Shown here: positions 63,476 through 64,000 of the stretch, piece after piece
Layout of the letters: each line of letters opens with the position of its first letter
Numbering within the stretch: position 1 is the first letter of the stretch
Assembly (NCBI GenBank): GCA_028534125.1
Contig: CM052841.1
Location: forward strand, 40,238,001-40,302,000
Reading direction: 5' to 3'
Origin: Lama glama
Taxonomy: Eukaryota
DNA: 64,000 nt
Program-made: the position numbers and the translations under genes
Notes under the pieces: model-generated
What the model was told of the DNA's origin: nothing
What the model saw: the letters and a program-made list of their open reading frames with translations, nothing else
Databases searched by the model: none

Positions 63476-64000
63476 GCACCTCTCCACTTCAGCACGCGCA
63501 GCCTCCCGCGGCCGCCTCGGCGCCAGCCCCCGGGTCGCGCCTCAGGGCGCCGGGGTCCCGCGTAGCAGCCGGCCCCACCTTGCATGCAGCCCGCCGCCTC
63601 CTAGGGCGAGAGGTTGCCAGCCTGAGCCTGCCGCGCGCGGTGGCCAAACCCTCCCTTGGGACCCGCTCAGTGTGCCACTAAGAGATCCCTACTGTTGGGG
63701 GCATGGGACGTTTTTAGTGTACTCCGTGATCCGCGAGGAGAAAATACAGTGCCGAGACTCATTAGGAACAGGGTCCCTCTCCTTTTCTTAAAGGGACGAA
63801 GACTCCGGTTCAACCCCGTGTGCCAGATCTTCGGAGGAATCTTTATGCAAATGAGTGTTTTAGCAATCCAGATGACGGACGCGATCGGGATAGGCGGCAG
63901 GGGCCTGGCCAGGCACCAATCGGATTGGCAAGCTAAGGGGAGGTCGGAATGTTTGAGCACCTTTTCACCTCTGAGGAAGTCGTGGTTTTAACCCTGTTCA

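Larger units (their letters stand above)
61700..63660. promoter_or_regulatory. CpG island spanning the SHB promoter, exon 1 and the start of intron 1
   Basis: Very high GC and CpG density compared with the CpG-depleted rest of the window. Confidence 0.92.

Noticed and set aside
62140-63791. Many overlapping Pro/Arg/Gly/Ala-rich ORFs on both strands, including an antisense ORF from the CCATGG at 62691
   Set aside because: Expected from stop-codon scarcity in a CpG island; no recognisable domains.
1-64000. CRISPR array, prokaryotic operon, NUMT or processed pseudogene
   Set aside because: The sequence is mammalian intron. I saw no repeat-spacer array, and no mitochondrial-like or retrocopied coding sequence by eye; a BLAST search would be needed to exclude short fragments.

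Overview
Mammalian genomic DNA, most likely camelid: it has one Vic-1-type tRNA-derived SINE and I saw no Alu, B1/B2, Bov-tA, PRE1, Can-SINE or ERE elements. The window holds the 5' half of SHB (SH2 domain-containing adaptor protein B) on the minus strand. A CpG-island promoter lies at about 61.7-63.7 kb, followed by coding exon 1 (62692-61982, 237 codons), a 45,255-bp intron 1, coding exon 2 (16726-16606, 121 nt) and intron 2, which runs off the left edge. The rest is intron filled with ancient repeats (MIR, L2, L3/CR1, L1ME, MER5/MER58/MER45, MLT1, LTR16) plus several repeat-free, motif-dense candidate enhancers. Nearly all ORFs in the supplied track are noise, and I found no convincing novel multi-gene system. 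The best leads are: (1) the SHB 5' leader, with two uAUG ORFs and a main frame that stays open for 86 codons upstream; (2) a 19-bp tandem duplication that builds ER6 and IR1 nuclear-receptor-like elements; (3) a locally copied MIR fragment; (4) a TSD-flanked orphan insertion; (5) candidate enhancers and an internal promoter. Repeat family calls and comparisons to human SHB are from memory of consensus sequences, not from a search, and repeat boundaries are approximate.
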